A stretch of DNA of 52,723 nucleotides, taken from positions 1 to 52,723 of IMG/VR virus record IMGVR_UViG_3300027973_000071; one strand, 5' to 3'. Each line of letters starts with the position of its first letter. Position 1 is the first letter of the stretch. Shown here one piece after another: positions 1 to 9,460 of this stretch. Source of the DNA: a virus (Duplodnaviria > Caudoviricetes). Made by a program: the position numbers and the translations under genes. The notes beneath the pieces were generated by a model. The model worked only from the letters and a program-made list of their open reading frames with translations. It was not told the DNA's origin and made no database searches.

Positions 1-49
1 GCATAGTCAGCTCCAAAAAAGTGTTGTGGGACAAGCACAGGCCCACGGG

Positions 50-69
50 GGTGGATAACCTGTGCATAA
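50..69. promoter_or_regulatory. Two tandem DnaA-box-like 9-mers
   Basis: GGTGGATAA (50-58) has 1 mismatch to TGTGGATAA. TGTGCATAA (61-69) reverse-complements to TTATGCACA, which fits TTWTNCACA. Confidence 0.5.
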
Positions 70-448
70 GTGGTTGGAATAACCCAAAAGTTGTAGGTCT
101 TCCCCCGTTAGGGAAGACCGAAAACGTGTCTCCGGAGCGAAAAGGGTGCTGGATTGCAGGGAGGCTGGCAGGAATCAGGAAGCGTAGGCACGGGTAGGGT
201 GGGGGAGTACCTGGACTTCGTGGTAAGACCTGGGGGGCTTGAGGACTCCACAGCATATGCCCCATCACGCACGAGTTGCATAACTCACAACCCCTGCAAT
301 CTTCAATGGCTCCAGGACGCATCAGATCAATCCAGGATCGACGAACGTGGGCGGGGTGGGGCTACCCCCTATGGACCACTGGAAAACGCCTTAGGGGGGC
401 TTATAAACCCCGCCTAGAATTTTTTTTACCGTAAACGAAGGAGCTGTA

Positions 449-721
449 ATGCTTAAAGCTGAGGAAGTGCAGGCGTTCTTGAGGCAGTTTGAGCCTCTGC
501 GAGAGATAAGCGTAGACGAGTCGAGCCAAGTTGTGTTCGCCCCGTGGCTCGTCAGGGTCCACGGAAGCGTGATGATCTACGGCGAGCCTCATGCGTTCGA
601 GGCTGAGCTGGACCTACGAGAGTTTGGCGGGGCGGAAGACCTGATGAAGCTGGTTGAGCAACTGCTCAAGAGCTTTGCTGCGGCTGCTCAGGTGGTGAAC
701 GCCAAGGCTTCTGTGGCTTAA
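449..721 (+). CDS. Hypothetical protein (90 aa)
   Basis: AAGGAG RBS just upstream of the ATG; protein-like composition. Confidence 0.75.
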   Translation: MLKAEEVQAFLRQFEPLREISVDESSQVVFAPWLVRVHGSVMIYGEPHAFEAELDLREFGGAEDLMKLVEQLLKSFAAAAQVVNAKASVA

Positions 722-726
722 CGCTC

Positions 727-925
727 TACGGATAACCGTACTACGGTATATCCGTATTACGGTTATACTAAGAATAAGATATACCTTAGGATATTTATTA
801 GTTTTGGATAAGGTATAGATATTCTTTGTATAAGTATTGGATATTGTTTATGGATAGTTATTGTTTTGGATATATACAAGACGGTATCCCATAGTACGGT
901 TATCCCATAGTACGGTTATACGTAT
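727..925. repeat. Two clusters of three 15-16-nt (T/G)ACGG-led repeats flanking an AT-rich core; putative replication origin or packaging-site region
   Basis: Left cluster tacggataaccgtac / tacggtatatccgtat / tacggttatac (727-768). Right cluster gacggtatcccatag / tacggttatcccatag / tacggttatacgtat (880-925). The AT-rich core between them has recurrent (G)GATA. Confidence 0.6.
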
Positions 926-974
926 AAGAATACAGCAAGGATCGTGCCAGCTTTTTTTTGAGGCTGTGCCGGGC

Positions 975-1183
975 CCCTGGTTCGAAGAACACCAGATACG
1001 CTGGAGTTGGTTTCTATGTAGGCCATCTCCCAGCGGAAGGTGGAGGCAACATCCGCAGTCAGGGATCCGATTCCGACTCCTTTACGGATTGACCTGACCG
1101 TCTGGCCCACGCTACGGGCCGCTCCAAGAGGTTGAGTTGGTTTTAAGGCTCCGGGTGCTAATGCGCTCGGGGCCTTTTTCTTT
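975..1183 (+). ncRNA. Candidate structured RNA or late-operon leader (five hairpins plus terminator)
   Basis: Stems at 977-995, 999-1035, 1040-1056, 1058-1098 and 1104-1120. G-U pairs are consistent with the + strand. No credible ORF. Confidence 0.5.
1146..1183 (+). terminator. Intrinsic terminator upstream of terS
   Basis: AGGCTCCGGGTGC-TAAT-GCGCTCGGGGCCT (13 bp with G-U pairs) followed by TTTTCTTT. Confidence 0.75.
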
Positions 1184-1239
1184 GAGAACCCCAGAGACAA
1201 TCCGTTTCATATGCCACCAACGGCAACGCAGGAGTTGAT

Positions 1240-1482
1240 ATGGCAGCGCGAATGCGCAAGACGCACCAAGACGACGTAAGAGCAAAGATCCAGGCGACCC
1301 AACTGGTCAACCGGCTGATGTCGCACATCCAGGGCACGGTCAACCTGAACCCGTCGCAAGTGACCGCCATCAAGATCCTGCTGGACAAGAGCCTGCCCAA
1401 CCTGTCGGACGTTAAGATCGAGTCGGGCGGACAAGGCATCACGTTCAACCTGAACGCCAACCTTCCAAAACAGAATGGCTGA
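1240..1482 (+). CDS. Probable terminase small subunit
   Basis: AGGAG RBS; overlaps the terL start; KIQATQLVNRL...AIKILLDKSLPNL pattern typical of small pre-TerL proteins. Confidence 0.7.
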   Translation: MAARMRKTHQDDVRAKIQATQLVNRLMSHIQGTVNLNPSQVTAIKILLDKSLPNLSDVKIESGGQGITFNLNANLPKQNG

Positions 1483-2932
1483 GGCAGTAGCAGAGCATGA
1501 CGAAGGGCAAGTCACCTACTTCCCGCCCGGACCTCAAGCCGCCAAGTTCCACGGAGACAACTCCTTCGTCCGGGGTCTCATGGGCCCTGTCGGTTCTGGT
1601 AAGTCGTCTTCCTGCTGCTCCGAGATCGTCATGCGGGCCATCCGCCAGGAGCCCTGGTACGACGGGGTCCGCCGGTCCCGCTGGGCCGTCATCCGAAACA
1701 CCTACCCCGAACTAAAGTCCACGACCATCAAGACGTGGCAAACGTGGTTCCCGCCTCATGTGGCGCCAATCCGTTGGGATACGCCGATTACCTCGACCAT
1801 GCGGATCGATGACATCGGCGACGGAACCGCGATGGAGCTTGAGGTCATCTTCTTGGCGCTTGACTCGGAGATGGACACCGGCAAGCTACGCTCGCTGGAA
1901 CTGACTGGCGTCTGGATCAACGAAGCGTCCGAGATCTCTCGCGGCGTCTTCGACATGTGTACGCAGCGGGTGGGTCGCTACCCTTCCAAGCTCAAGGGTG
2001 GCCCGAGCTGGACCGGCGTGATCATGGATACCAACCCGCCGGATGACGACCATTGGTACTACCAGTTCGCCGAGCAAGACACGCCAAAGACGTGGAAGTT
2101 CTTCCGCCAGCCGGGCGGCCTGTACCGCGACGAGGACGGCGAGTACCACCCGAACCCCGACGCCGAGAACACGGACAACTTGCCCAACGGGCACGGCTAC
2201 TACCTTCAGCAGCTCGGCGGCAAACAGGACGGCTGGATCAACGTGTTCCTCATGGGAAACTACGGAACGACCAGCAGCGGCAAGCCAGTCTTCCCCGAGT
2301 GGAACGATCGAGTGCATGTCTCCGACGAACCGCTTGAGCCCGTGCGCGGCCTGCCCATCATCATGGGATGGGACTTTGGTCTTACTCCGGCCTGCATCAT
2401 CGGGCAGCAAATGCCAAACGGTCAGCTTCGCATCCTTGAGGAAATCATTTCCGAGGACATGGGCATACGGCAGTTCACCTCCGATGTGGTGCGACCGATC
2501 TTGACCAACAAGTACAACGGCTTTGTTCGCTTTTCTGAGGGCGACCCAGCCGGACAGATTCGTGCTCAGACGGATGAGCGCACTTGTCTTCAAGAGCTGC
2601 TTGAGTTGGGCATTCCAACTGAGCCAGCCGCAACCAACGACTGGGTACCGCGCCGAGAGTCGGTTGCTTACTTTTTGACGCGCATGATTGACGGCGGGCC
2701 TGGCATGTTGCTAGACCCCCGCTGCTCTACGCTGCGCAAAGGTTTTAATGGTCGCTACCGCTATGAGCGCCTGAAAACTTCAGGCCAAGCGCGATACAGG
2801 GACCGGCCCGTCAAGGATGCCTTTTCGCATCCGCACGACGCTCTCCAATACCTGTGCATGCGAGTTCGTAACGGGCTGCGTCCCGTCTCGGCACGCCAAA
2901 TCGCACAAGCTAGTACCAGAGGCTGGACATGA
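1475..2932 (+). CDS. terL: Terminase large subunit
   Basis: Walker A GPVGSGKS; Walker B region VWINEASE; MDTNPP; nuclease motifs GWDFG and SHPHDALQY. Confidence 0.95.
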   Translation: MAEAVAEHDEGQVTYFPPGPQAAKFHGDNSFVRGLMGPVGSGKSSSCCSEIVMRAIRQEPWYDGVRRSRWAVIRNTYPELKSTTIKTWQTWFPPHVAPIRWDTPITSTMRIDDIGDGTAMELEVIFLALDSEMDTGKLRSLELTGVWINEASEISRGVFDMCTQRVGRYPSKLKGGPSWTGVIMDTNPPDDDHWYYQFAEQDTPKTWKFFRQPGGLYRDEDGEYHPNPDAENTDNLPNGHGYYLQQLGGKQDGWINVFLMGNYGTTSSGKPVFPEWNDRVHVSDEPLEPVRGLPIIMGWDFGLTPACIIGQQMPNGQLRILEEIISEDMGIRQFTSDVVRPILTNKYNGFVRFSEGDPAGQIRAQTDERTCLQELLELGIPTEPAATNDWVPRRESVAYFLTRMIDGGPGMLLDPRCSTLRKGFNGRYRYERLKTSGQARYRDRPVKDAFSHPHDALQYLCMRVRNGLRPVSARQIAQASTRGWT

Positions 2933-4944
2933 ACGGTATCGCCATTGTTGGGGCGGGTGCGCCCCCTCCTCTCAACGTAGACATCAAGACCGACCAAAAG
3001 GTTGAGTTGATCGAGATGCTGCACTCGGACCTATCGCGACACATCGGCGATTGCTGGGAGCGGGCAAAGTTCGCAAAGACCGAGATCACCGAACGCCTGC
3101 TCAAGTGCGAGCGGCAGCGCCGAGGCGTCTACGACCCAGAGCGCGAAATCGAAATTGCCAAGACAGGCGGCTCTGACATCTTCATGCGGATCACGGACAT
3201 CAAAGCCCGTGCTGCTGCAAACTGGATTACCGACGTCATGATCGGTAATGGGCGGCGTGTGTTTGAGTTGGACCCAGCTAATGAGCCGGAGCTGCCGCCG
3301 GAAATAGCTGCCGGCATCGTAGAGCTTGTACAGCTAGAGCAGCAGGCGTTTCTGGAGCAAGGCGGTCAAGTCCACCCTGAGGCATTTCGGGTGAGGATGG
3401 AACAAGTCCACGACCAAATCATAAACCGCATGCGAGAGGAGGCCGACAAGACCGCTAACCGCATGGAAAACAAGATTGACGATCAGCTTTCTTCCGGTGG
3501 TTTTGATAACGCTTTGCGCGAGTTCATCGACGACTTTGTGACCTACCCGACGGCAATCCTCAAGGGCCCGGTCATCCGTCGAAAAAAGCAGATGAAGTGG
3601 GGGCCGAAGTTCCAGCCAGTCATCATCAATGATTTCAGCCGAGAGACCTACCGCGTCAATCCGCATGACGCCTTCCCCTCGCCAAACTCCAGCTCGGTAA
3701 ACGACAACTTCTTCATTGAGCGTATGCGTTTGACCCGTTCGGCGCTTCAGTCGATGCGTAGCGCTCCTGGCGTGTCCGACGCTGAGATCGATCAGGTTCT
3801 TGAGCGTTTTGGCGAAACCGGATTCCGTCAGTGGCTGATGGGCGACCAGGAGCGCGATCGCCTGGAAGGCAAGCCGCACGCCCTTCTTTACACCAGGGAA
3901 GTGATCGAGGCTATTGAGTTCTGGGGTAGCGTCAGCGGCAAGATGCTGATGGATTGGGGCTACAAAGGCAAGAAGCTAGATCCGTACAAGGAGTACGAGA
4001 TCACCGCTATTCAGATCGGCCCGTTCATCATCAAGTGCATCTTGAACCCCGATCCTCTTGGCGCTCGCCCATATGAAATCGCGCAGTGGGTTCCGATACC
4101 CGGTGCTTTCTGGGGCACTGCACTGACTGAGCAGATGCGTGATGTTCAGATCATGTGCAACGCGGCAGCCAGATCACTCGCCAACAACATGGCGATTGCT
4201 TCCGGCCCTCAGGCGGAAATTGCGGTAGACCGCCTGCCTGACGGCGAGCCCATCACGCAAATGTTCCCTTGGAAGATTTGGCAAACGACTAGCGACCGCA
4301 CCGGGGGCGGCCAACCTGCCGTGCGTTTCTTTCAGCCAAACATGAACGCACAGGAGCTCATGGCCGTCTATCAGTACTTCATGAAACAAGCAGATGAAGT
4401 GACTGGCGTACCGTCCTATGTTTACGGCGGTGGCGCAGGCTCCGGAGCAGGACGAACGGCGTCCGGCCTTTCGATGCTGATGGACAACGCAGCAAAAGGT
4501 ATTAAGAACTCCATTGCCTCCATTGATGTTGTGGTCGCTTCAGTGGTTCAGCGGATGTACGTACACAACATGCTGTATGACCCCGACATGTCATGTAAGG
4601 GTGACTTCAAGATTCGCGCCCGTGGAGCTATGGGCTTGGTTGCCAAAGAGCAGCTTCAGATGCGCCGCAACGAATTCTTGCAAGCAACAGCCAATCCTGT
4701 CGATCTTCAGATTGTCGGCGCTGAGGGCAGGGCATACCTCTTGCGAGAGCTGGCCGAGTCGCTTCAGATGGACACAGACAAACTTGTTCCAACAACTGAA
4801 AAGCTCGAGTTCAAGCAAGAGCAAATGCAGGCTATGGCTATGCAGCAAATGGCCGCACAGCAACAAGCAGCACCACAAGCACCAGCTACGCTCGATGCAG
4901 CCGGCAACCCGGCAGGCGGAGCGGAAGCAAACATAGTCCAGTAA
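2929..4944 (+). CDS. Portal protein
   Basis: 671 aa directly after TerL; ADEVTGVP and RTASGLSMLM motifs; Q-rich C-terminus of P22-like portals. Confidence 0.9.
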   Translation: MNGIAIVGAGAPPPLNVDIKTDQKVELIEMLHSDLSRHIGDCWERAKFAKTEITERLLKCERQRRGVYDPEREIEIAKTGGSDIFMRITDIKARAAANWITDVMIGNGRRVFELDPANEPELPPEIAAGIVELVQLEQQAFLEQGGQVHPEAFRVRMEQVHDQIINRMREEADKTANRMENKIDDQLSSGGFDNALREFIDDFVTYPTAILKGPVIRRKKQMKWGPKFQPVIINDFSRETYRVNPHDAFPSPNSSSVNDNFFIERMRLTRSALQSMRSAPGVSDAEIDQVLERFGETGFRQWLMGDQERDRLEGKPHALLYTREVIEAIEFWGSVSGKMLMDWGYKGKKLDPYKEYEITAIQIGPFIIKCILNPDPLGARPYEIAQWVPIPGAFWGTALTEQMRDVQIMCNAAARSLANNMAIASGPQAEIAVDRLPDGEPITQMFPWKIWQTTSDRTGGGQPAVRFFQPNMNAQELMAVYQYFMKQADEVTGVPSYVYGGGAGSGAGRTASGLSMLMDNAAKGIKNSIASIDVVVASVVQRMYVHNMLYDPDMSCKGDFKIRARGAMGLVAKEQLQMRRNEFLQATANPVDLQIVGAEGRAYLLRELAESLQMDTDKLVPTTEKLEFKQEQMQAMAMQQMAAQQQAAPQAPATLDAAGNPAGGAEANIVQ

Positions 4945-4952
4945 GGAAAATC

Positions 4953-5174
4953 ATGATGAAGAAGCCCATGCCGTTTGCCGGCAAAGAATCCAAGCGCGAA
5001 GAGCTCATGGAAAAGAAGATGCCTGCCAAGAAGTACATGGCCGGAGAAAAGCGTGAAGCCGAGCGAGTTGGTTATGCCAACGGAGGTCTTGTTGTTGCGG
5101 GATACGGTGCCCCTAACGAGTGCACGTATAACCAAGGCCCGGGCGTGCGCAGCCGTCAAGACTACAAAAAGTAA
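4953..5174 (+). CDS. Small basic hypothetical protein (YANGG motif)
   Basis: AAGGA RBS; lies within the head operon. Confidence 0.7.
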   Translation: MMKKPMPFAGKESKREELMEKKMPAKKYMAGEKREAERVGYANGGLVVAGYGAPNECTYNQGPGVRSRQDYKK

Positions 5175-5177
5175 TAC

Positions 5178-5408
5178 GTGCTGAATAAACCACCACGTAC
5201 AGTAATTGCATCGTTGTCGTCCTTAGACGGCAACAGTGATTTCGAAGAGGTGTGTAAGTGGCTTGAGGATTCCCTTGCCACAATCCGCCTTTTCAACGAT
5301 TCAACGCGAGAAGAAGTGCAGTCTCGCTGGAATCAAGGGGCATCCCAGGCACTCGCCGAGTTTCTTGAAAAGAAGCGAACGGCCAGGGACACGCTCCGGA
5401 AAATGTAA
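5178..5408 (+). CDS. Hypothetical head-module protein
   Basis: Helical 76-aa ORF between portal and scaffold, a usual position for such genes. Confidence 0.7.
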   Translation: MLNKPPRTVIASLSSLDGNSDFEEVCKWLEDSLATIRLFNDSTREEVQSRWNQGASQALAEFLEKKRTARDTLRKM

Positions 5409-5411
5409 TTA

Positions 5412-5530
5412 GTCCCAATTTGGGACAACGCTTGTTCGGTGGCGATTCACCGGCAAACCGAGAACACCGGAACAACCTAACAAGGGTGACCGCATTGACG
5501 GCCCCGAGTTGGAAGTGAAGGCTCTAGGAG
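5412..5530 (+). promoter_or_regulatory. Structured leader of the scaffold gene
   Basis: Hairpins GTCCCA/TGGGAC, TTGTTC/GAACAA, CGGTG/CACCG (two possible partners) and GAGTT/GGCTC abutting the AGGAG RBS. Confidence 0.45.
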
Positions 5531-5536
5531 AAGTAA

Positions 5537-6481
5537 TTGAACCTCCCCCGCGCCGTCGTAGAGGCGGAAAGAAAGGCAGAAGAAGCTCTTCAACGAATTG
5601 CTCAGGCTCGACAAGCCCAGCAATCTTCACCGGATCCGGCGCCACCGGCTTCGAGTGAACCGGCCCCGGCCACACCGCCGGCTCCGAGCGAACCAGTAGC
5701 GCAGGCAACCCCCGCGCCCACCAACACCCCGAGCGAGCCGGCCAGCCCGCAGGGAGACGACAAGTGGGAAGCTAGGTACAAGACGCTGCACGGCAAATAC
5801 AACGCCGAGGTTCCGCGATTGCATGCGGCGCTCAAAGAGCGTGAAGGCAAGTTGGAAAGTCTGACCGAGGAAGTGGAGGCGTTGCGGTCTTCGCTGGCGA
5901 AACCTAAAGAATCGCTGGTCAAGCCCGAGGAAGTGAATGAGTTTGGCGAGCCTCTCGTTGACCTGATCCGTCGCGCTGCGCGTGAAGAGGTATCGGGTAA
6001 AGACGATGAGATCACCAAGCTCAAAAAGCGGATTGAGTCGTTTGAGGCTCAGACGGTTCAGACCAAAGAAGTCGGCTTCTTCGAGAAGCTGGTGCAGATG
6101 GTCCCGGACTGGATGGCTGTCAACGACGATCCGGACTTCCATGCATGGCTGGGTGAAGTCGATGAGTTCACCGGCTATCAACGCCAAGACATTCTGTCGC
6201 AGGCAGAAGAGAAGCGCGATGCAGATCGCGTTGCCAGATTCTTCAATGCGTTCAAGAAGGTTCAACAAGACACCGCTGCGGCTTCTTCGCAGTCGTTGGA
6301 ATCGCAAGTTGCCCCTATGACGACTCGGACTCCCGAGGCGCCCAAGGGCAGGAAGATCTGGACCCGTGGCGAAGTCGCTGACTTCTACGCTCGGGCTCGG
6401 GGAGGCGAGTACAGCGATGAACAGGAGGCTGCAATTGAGAATGAAATCCAGCTTGCGATTCGAGAACGAAGAATCCGATAG
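5537..6481 (+). CDS. Capsid scaffolding protein
   Basis: TTG start with AGGAG RBS; Pro/Ala-rich linker, WEARYKTLHGKYNAE coiled coil, VPDW...F..WL; directly upstream of the capsid gene. Confidence 0.85.
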   Translation: MNLPRAVVEAERKAEEALQRIAQARQAQQSSPDPAPPASSEPAPATPPAPSEPVAQATPAPTNTPSEPASPQGDDKWEARYKTLHGKYNAEVPRLHAALKEREGKLESLTEEVEALRSSLAKPKESLVKPEEVNEFGEPLVDLIRRAAREEVSGKDDEITKLKKRIESFEAQTVQTKEVGFFEKLVQMVPDWMAVNDDPDFHAWLGEVDEFTGYQRQDILSQAEEKRDADRVARFFNAFKKVQQDTAAASSQSLESQVAPMTTRTPEAPKGRKIWTRGEVADFYARARGGEYSDEQEAAIENEIQLAIRERRIR

Positions 6482-6508
6482 CAGGCTACCTTATTTGAGG
6501 TAATAAAA

Positions 6509-7492
6509 ATGTCTCTCGCAGTTTCGGGCAATTACTACGGCGCCGGTTCCGGCACCGACTCTTACGCTGGCGCTTCGGGCTTCATCCCGGAGATCTGGTC
6601 TGGCAAACTCCAGGTCAAGTTCTACAAGTCCACCGTCCTCGGTGAGATCACGAACAACGACTGGGAAGGCGAGATCAAGGGCCAAGGCGACAAGATCACC
6701 ATCCGCACCATCCCGACCATCACCGTCAGCAGCTACTCCAAGGGCCAGAACCTGACCAGTCAGGTTCCGACCTCCACTCCCCTAGAGCTGAACATCGACA
6801 AGGGCAAGTACTTCGCCGTCGTCCTGGACGATGTCGATGCCACCCAGGCCGACATTAAGCTGATGGACATGTTCACGAACGACGCTTCGCAGCAGATGAA
6901 GATTGCCATCGACGCCGATGTTCTCGGCTCTGTGTATGCTGACGCTGCCACCGCTAACAAGGGCGCTACCGCTGGCGCCATCTCCGGCGACATCAACCTG
7001 GGCGCTACTGGCGCTCCCCGTCAGGCCACCAGCTCTACCGTGCTGGACCTCCTGCTGGACATGGGTCAAGTGCTGGACGAGCAGAACGTGCCGGAAGATG
7101 GCCGTTGGGTCGTGATCCCTGCTTGGATGGCTTCGCTGATCAAGCGCTCTGACCTGAAGCAGGCTTACCTGACCGGCGACTCCGTCACCCCCCTGCGTAA
7201 CGGCAAGATCGGCATGATCGACCGCTTCATGGTCTACGTGTCGAACAACCTGTCCAGCGCAACCGATCTGGGTGCTGATTCTGCTGCCGGCGGCACTGGC
7301 GCCAACGCAGACTACAAGGCCTGGAACATCATGGCTGGTACCCGCGATGCCATTTCGTTCGCTTCGCAGATGACCAACGTGGAAACCATCCGCGCTCAGT
7401 CCACCTTCGGCAACATCGTGCGCGGCTTGAACGTGTACGGCTTCAAGGTGACCAAGCCCGAGGCTCTGGTTGCCGCCTACGTCCGGAAGTAA
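6509..7492 (+). CDS. Major capsid protein
   Basis: FIPEIWS, EGEIKGQGDKITI, VRGLNVYGFKVTKPEAL; strong codon bias; followed by a terminator. Confidence 0.93.
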   Translation: MSLAVSGNYYGAGSGTDSYAGASGFIPEIWSGKLQVKFYKSTVLGEITNNDWEGEIKGQGDKITIRTIPTITVSSYSKGQNLTSQVPTSTPLELNIDKGKYFAVVLDDVDATQADIKLMDMFTNDASQQMKIAIDADVLGSVYADAATANKGATAGAISGDINLGATGAPRQATSSTVLDLLLDMGQVLDEQNVPEDGRWVVIPAWMASLIKRSDLKQAYLTGDSVTPLRNGKIGMIDRFMVYVSNNLSSATDLGADSAAGGTGANADYKAWNIMAGTRDAISFASQMTNVETIRAQSTFGNIVRGLNVYGFKVTKPEALVAAYVRK

Positions 7493-7509
7493 TTCTTCCG
7501 TTCTAAATA

Positions 7510-7541
7510 GGGGGAGGGGGGAAGCCTCCTCCCCCTTTTTT
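7510..7541 (+). terminator. Intrinsic terminator after the capsid gene
   Basis: GGGGGAGGGGG-GAAG-CCTCCTCCCCC followed by a T-run. Confidence 0.85.
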
Positions 7542-7546
7542 CATTT

Positions 7547-7771
7547 ATGACTAAACTTCTCAAGCAAATCCCCTCCGGCTACATCTACGTATGGACTCCT
7601 CTGCTCGCAGAGCGAGCCGACATGGTGCCCTTCGAGCAAGAGAACACCAGAGAAAATCCAGTCGTAGAAGCGGCAGTCGCTCAACCGGAGCCGGAAGTGA
7701 GCAAAGCCATCGAGGCGTTCCGCGCCAAGCATGGCGGACGGAAGGCGAAACCTAAACCGGGTGTTGCATGA
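7547..7771 (+). CDS. Hypothetical protein (74 aa)
   Basis: ATGA overlap with the next gene; post-capsid position. Confidence 0.65.
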   Translation: MTKLLKQIPSGYIYVWTPLLAERADMVPFEQENTRENPVVEAAVAQPEPEVSKAIEAFRAKHGGRKAKPKPGVA

Positions 7772-8463
7772 AGGTTTCCGACGTTATCTCTCGCGCACGG
7801 AACATCCTGCTCGATTCCGATGCGACAAGCTACCGCTGGTCGAACGCGGAGATGATTGACTACATCAACGACGCCCAGCGCCTCGTTGCTGTCTATCGCC
7901 CCGACTCCTGCTCCGCATCCACAGTTCAAACCCTGTCTGCCGGAAGCAAGCAGAGCATCCCCACTGGCGGATTTCGTTTGCTTGATGTGGTGCGAAATAT
8001 GGCGTCTGACGGAACAACTCCCGGTCGAGCCATCACCATCACGGCCCGAGACACGCTGGATCGGTTTGATCCGAACTGGCACACCGCCACCAATCAGTCG
8101 GCGGTCAAGCACTTCACCTACGACGAACGCATCCCAGGGCAGTTCTTCGTGTATCCGCCCGTCAGCAGCGGCGTCAAAGTTGAGACCGTCTACTCAAAGT
8201 ACCCGTCCGCCGTCTCCGCCACGACCGACGACCTGACCGTTCAGGACTCGTACTTTGAGGCGCTGATCAACTACCTGCTGTTCCGCTGCTACTCAAAGGA
8301 GACGGACTTCGCAGCTAACGCGCAGCTCGCAAGCTCTTACCTGTCGCTGTTCGCATCCGTCCTTGGCATCAAGCTCCAGAAGGACATTGCCTTTGGGCCT
8401 AAGGTATCGAACAAAGGTGGAGATCCCAACGGCGCTGCGGCTCAGCTTGGAGGTGTTGCTTAA
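7768..8463 (+). CDS. Head-tail adaptor (tail tubular A-like, DUF6682-like)
   Basis: RWSNAEMIDYINDAQR, FFVYPP and ALINYLLFRCYSKE motifs. Confidence 0.75.
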   Translation: MKVSDVISRARNILLDSDATSYRWSNAEMIDYINDAQRLVAVYRPDSCSASTVQTLSAGSKQSIPTGGFRLLDVVRNMASDGTTPGRAITITARDTLDRFDPNWHTATNQSAVKHFTYDERIPGQFFVYPPVSSGVKVETVYSKYPSAVSATTDDLTVQDSYFEALINYLLFRCYSKETDFAANAQLASSYLSLFASVLGIKLQKDIAFGPKVSNKGGDPNGAAAQLGGVA

Positions 8464-9113
8464 TGGCCGCTTACGAAGACTTCTTCCCATACATTCTCCC
8501 TGAGGTGCCTGGGGCCAATGAGCTGATCGTCACTCAGGCAATAAGAAATTCATGCATTGAGTTCTGCGAAAAGAGCCTTGCTCTTGTCGTGGATCACGAT
8601 CCCATTACGATCATCCAGAATCTGGTTGACTACGACCTTGATCCCCCGAAGGGCTACGTCGTAGTAAAAGTGCAACAGGCATGGCTTGAGAACAACAAGC
8701 TGAATGCTGTTGCCCCAGACTTCGTGCGGGATGCGTCTACTTACAACAGGCTGTTCAGTTCGTACGAATCGCAGGCCAGCACTCCTCAGTACTACCTCCA
8801 GAAAGAGCCTCGCTCAATCAGCGTGTGGCCATTACCGGATAAGAAATATGCGAACGGGCTGACTCTGCGCGTAGCCATTAAACCAACCAGGGCGAGCAGC
8901 GAGATTGACGATGTGGTTTTTGAGGACTACGCGGAGACCATTGCTCACGGCGCCCTGTACCGACTGATGATGTCGGCCGGCAAGCCATACAGCAACGCGC
9001 AGATGGCCGCAGTGGAGAAGGGATTGTTTGACGTAGGCGTAAACGTCGCCCGCAGTCGCGCTCTTCACGGCAATGTTCGCGGCAGCCTTGCCGTCCAGAT
9101 GCGGAGGATCTGA
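8463..9113 (+). CDS. Second adaptor/connector-like protein
   Basis: AIRNSCIEFCEKS, VWPLPD, AIKPTR and IAHGALYRLM motifs; TAATG coupling. Confidence 0.7.
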   Translation: MAAYEDFFPYILPEVPGANELIVTQAIRNSCIEFCEKSLALVVDHDPITIIQNLVDYDLDPPKGYVVVKVQQAWLENNKLNAVAPDFVRDASTYNRLFSSYESQASTPQYYLQKEPRSISVWPLPDKKYANGLTLRVAIKPTRASSEIDDVVFEDYAETIAHGALYRLMMSAGKPYSNAQMAAVEKGLFDVGVNVARSRALHGNVRGSLAVQMRRI

Positions 9114-9448
9114 TGTCAGAAAAGATCAAGCTCGTTCAGGGCGACAACCTACCTTATATCCGTCTCACCCTAACCGATCCCAATACGGGGTCTTCCATCG
9201 ACCTAAGTGACCCAGACGTCATTGTGCGAGTCTACTTCCGGGCCACCGGAAGTGACACCGTTCTTTCGACGATCTTGTGCGAGAAGGTTAGCGGTGGCAC
9301 GGCAGGGGTGGTCCGGTTCAACTTCCCTAATGGCGTTCTAGATGTAGATCCAGGCGCTTATGAGGGTGAGGTTGAAATCGACTTCGAAGGCCAGAAGCAA
9401 ACGGTCTTCGAAGTCCTTAAGTTCAGCATCCGCTCTCAATTTAACTAA
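9113..9448 (+). CDS. BppU N-terminal-like Ig-fold virion protein
   Basis: LVQGDN...IDLS...G.YEGEVEI.F pattern. Confidence 0.6.
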   Translation: MSEKIKLVQGDNLPYIRLTLTDPNTGSSIDLSDPDVIVRVYFRATGSDTVLSTILCEKVSGGTAGVVRFNFPNGVLDVDPGAYEGEVEIDFEGQKQTVFEVLKFSIRSQFN

Positions 9449-9460
9449 GAGGTATTTACC

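Noticed and set aside
154-417. 87-aa ORF at the left end
   Set aside because: TTG start, no clear RBS and an unprotein-like sequence; more likely non-coding control DNA.
727-925. Short repeats as a CRISPR or other guide array
   Set aside because: Units are 15-16 nt and abut each other without unique spacers; there is no cas operon. The Cas4-like nuclease sits in a recombination cassette.
965-1000. GGTTCGAA resembling a tRNA T-loop
   Set aside because: No acceptor, D or anticodon arms at the right spacing; it is part of a simple hairpin.
7480-7510. Programmed frameshift extending the capsid protein
   Set aside because: No slippery sequence at the 3' end, and a terminator follows immediately.
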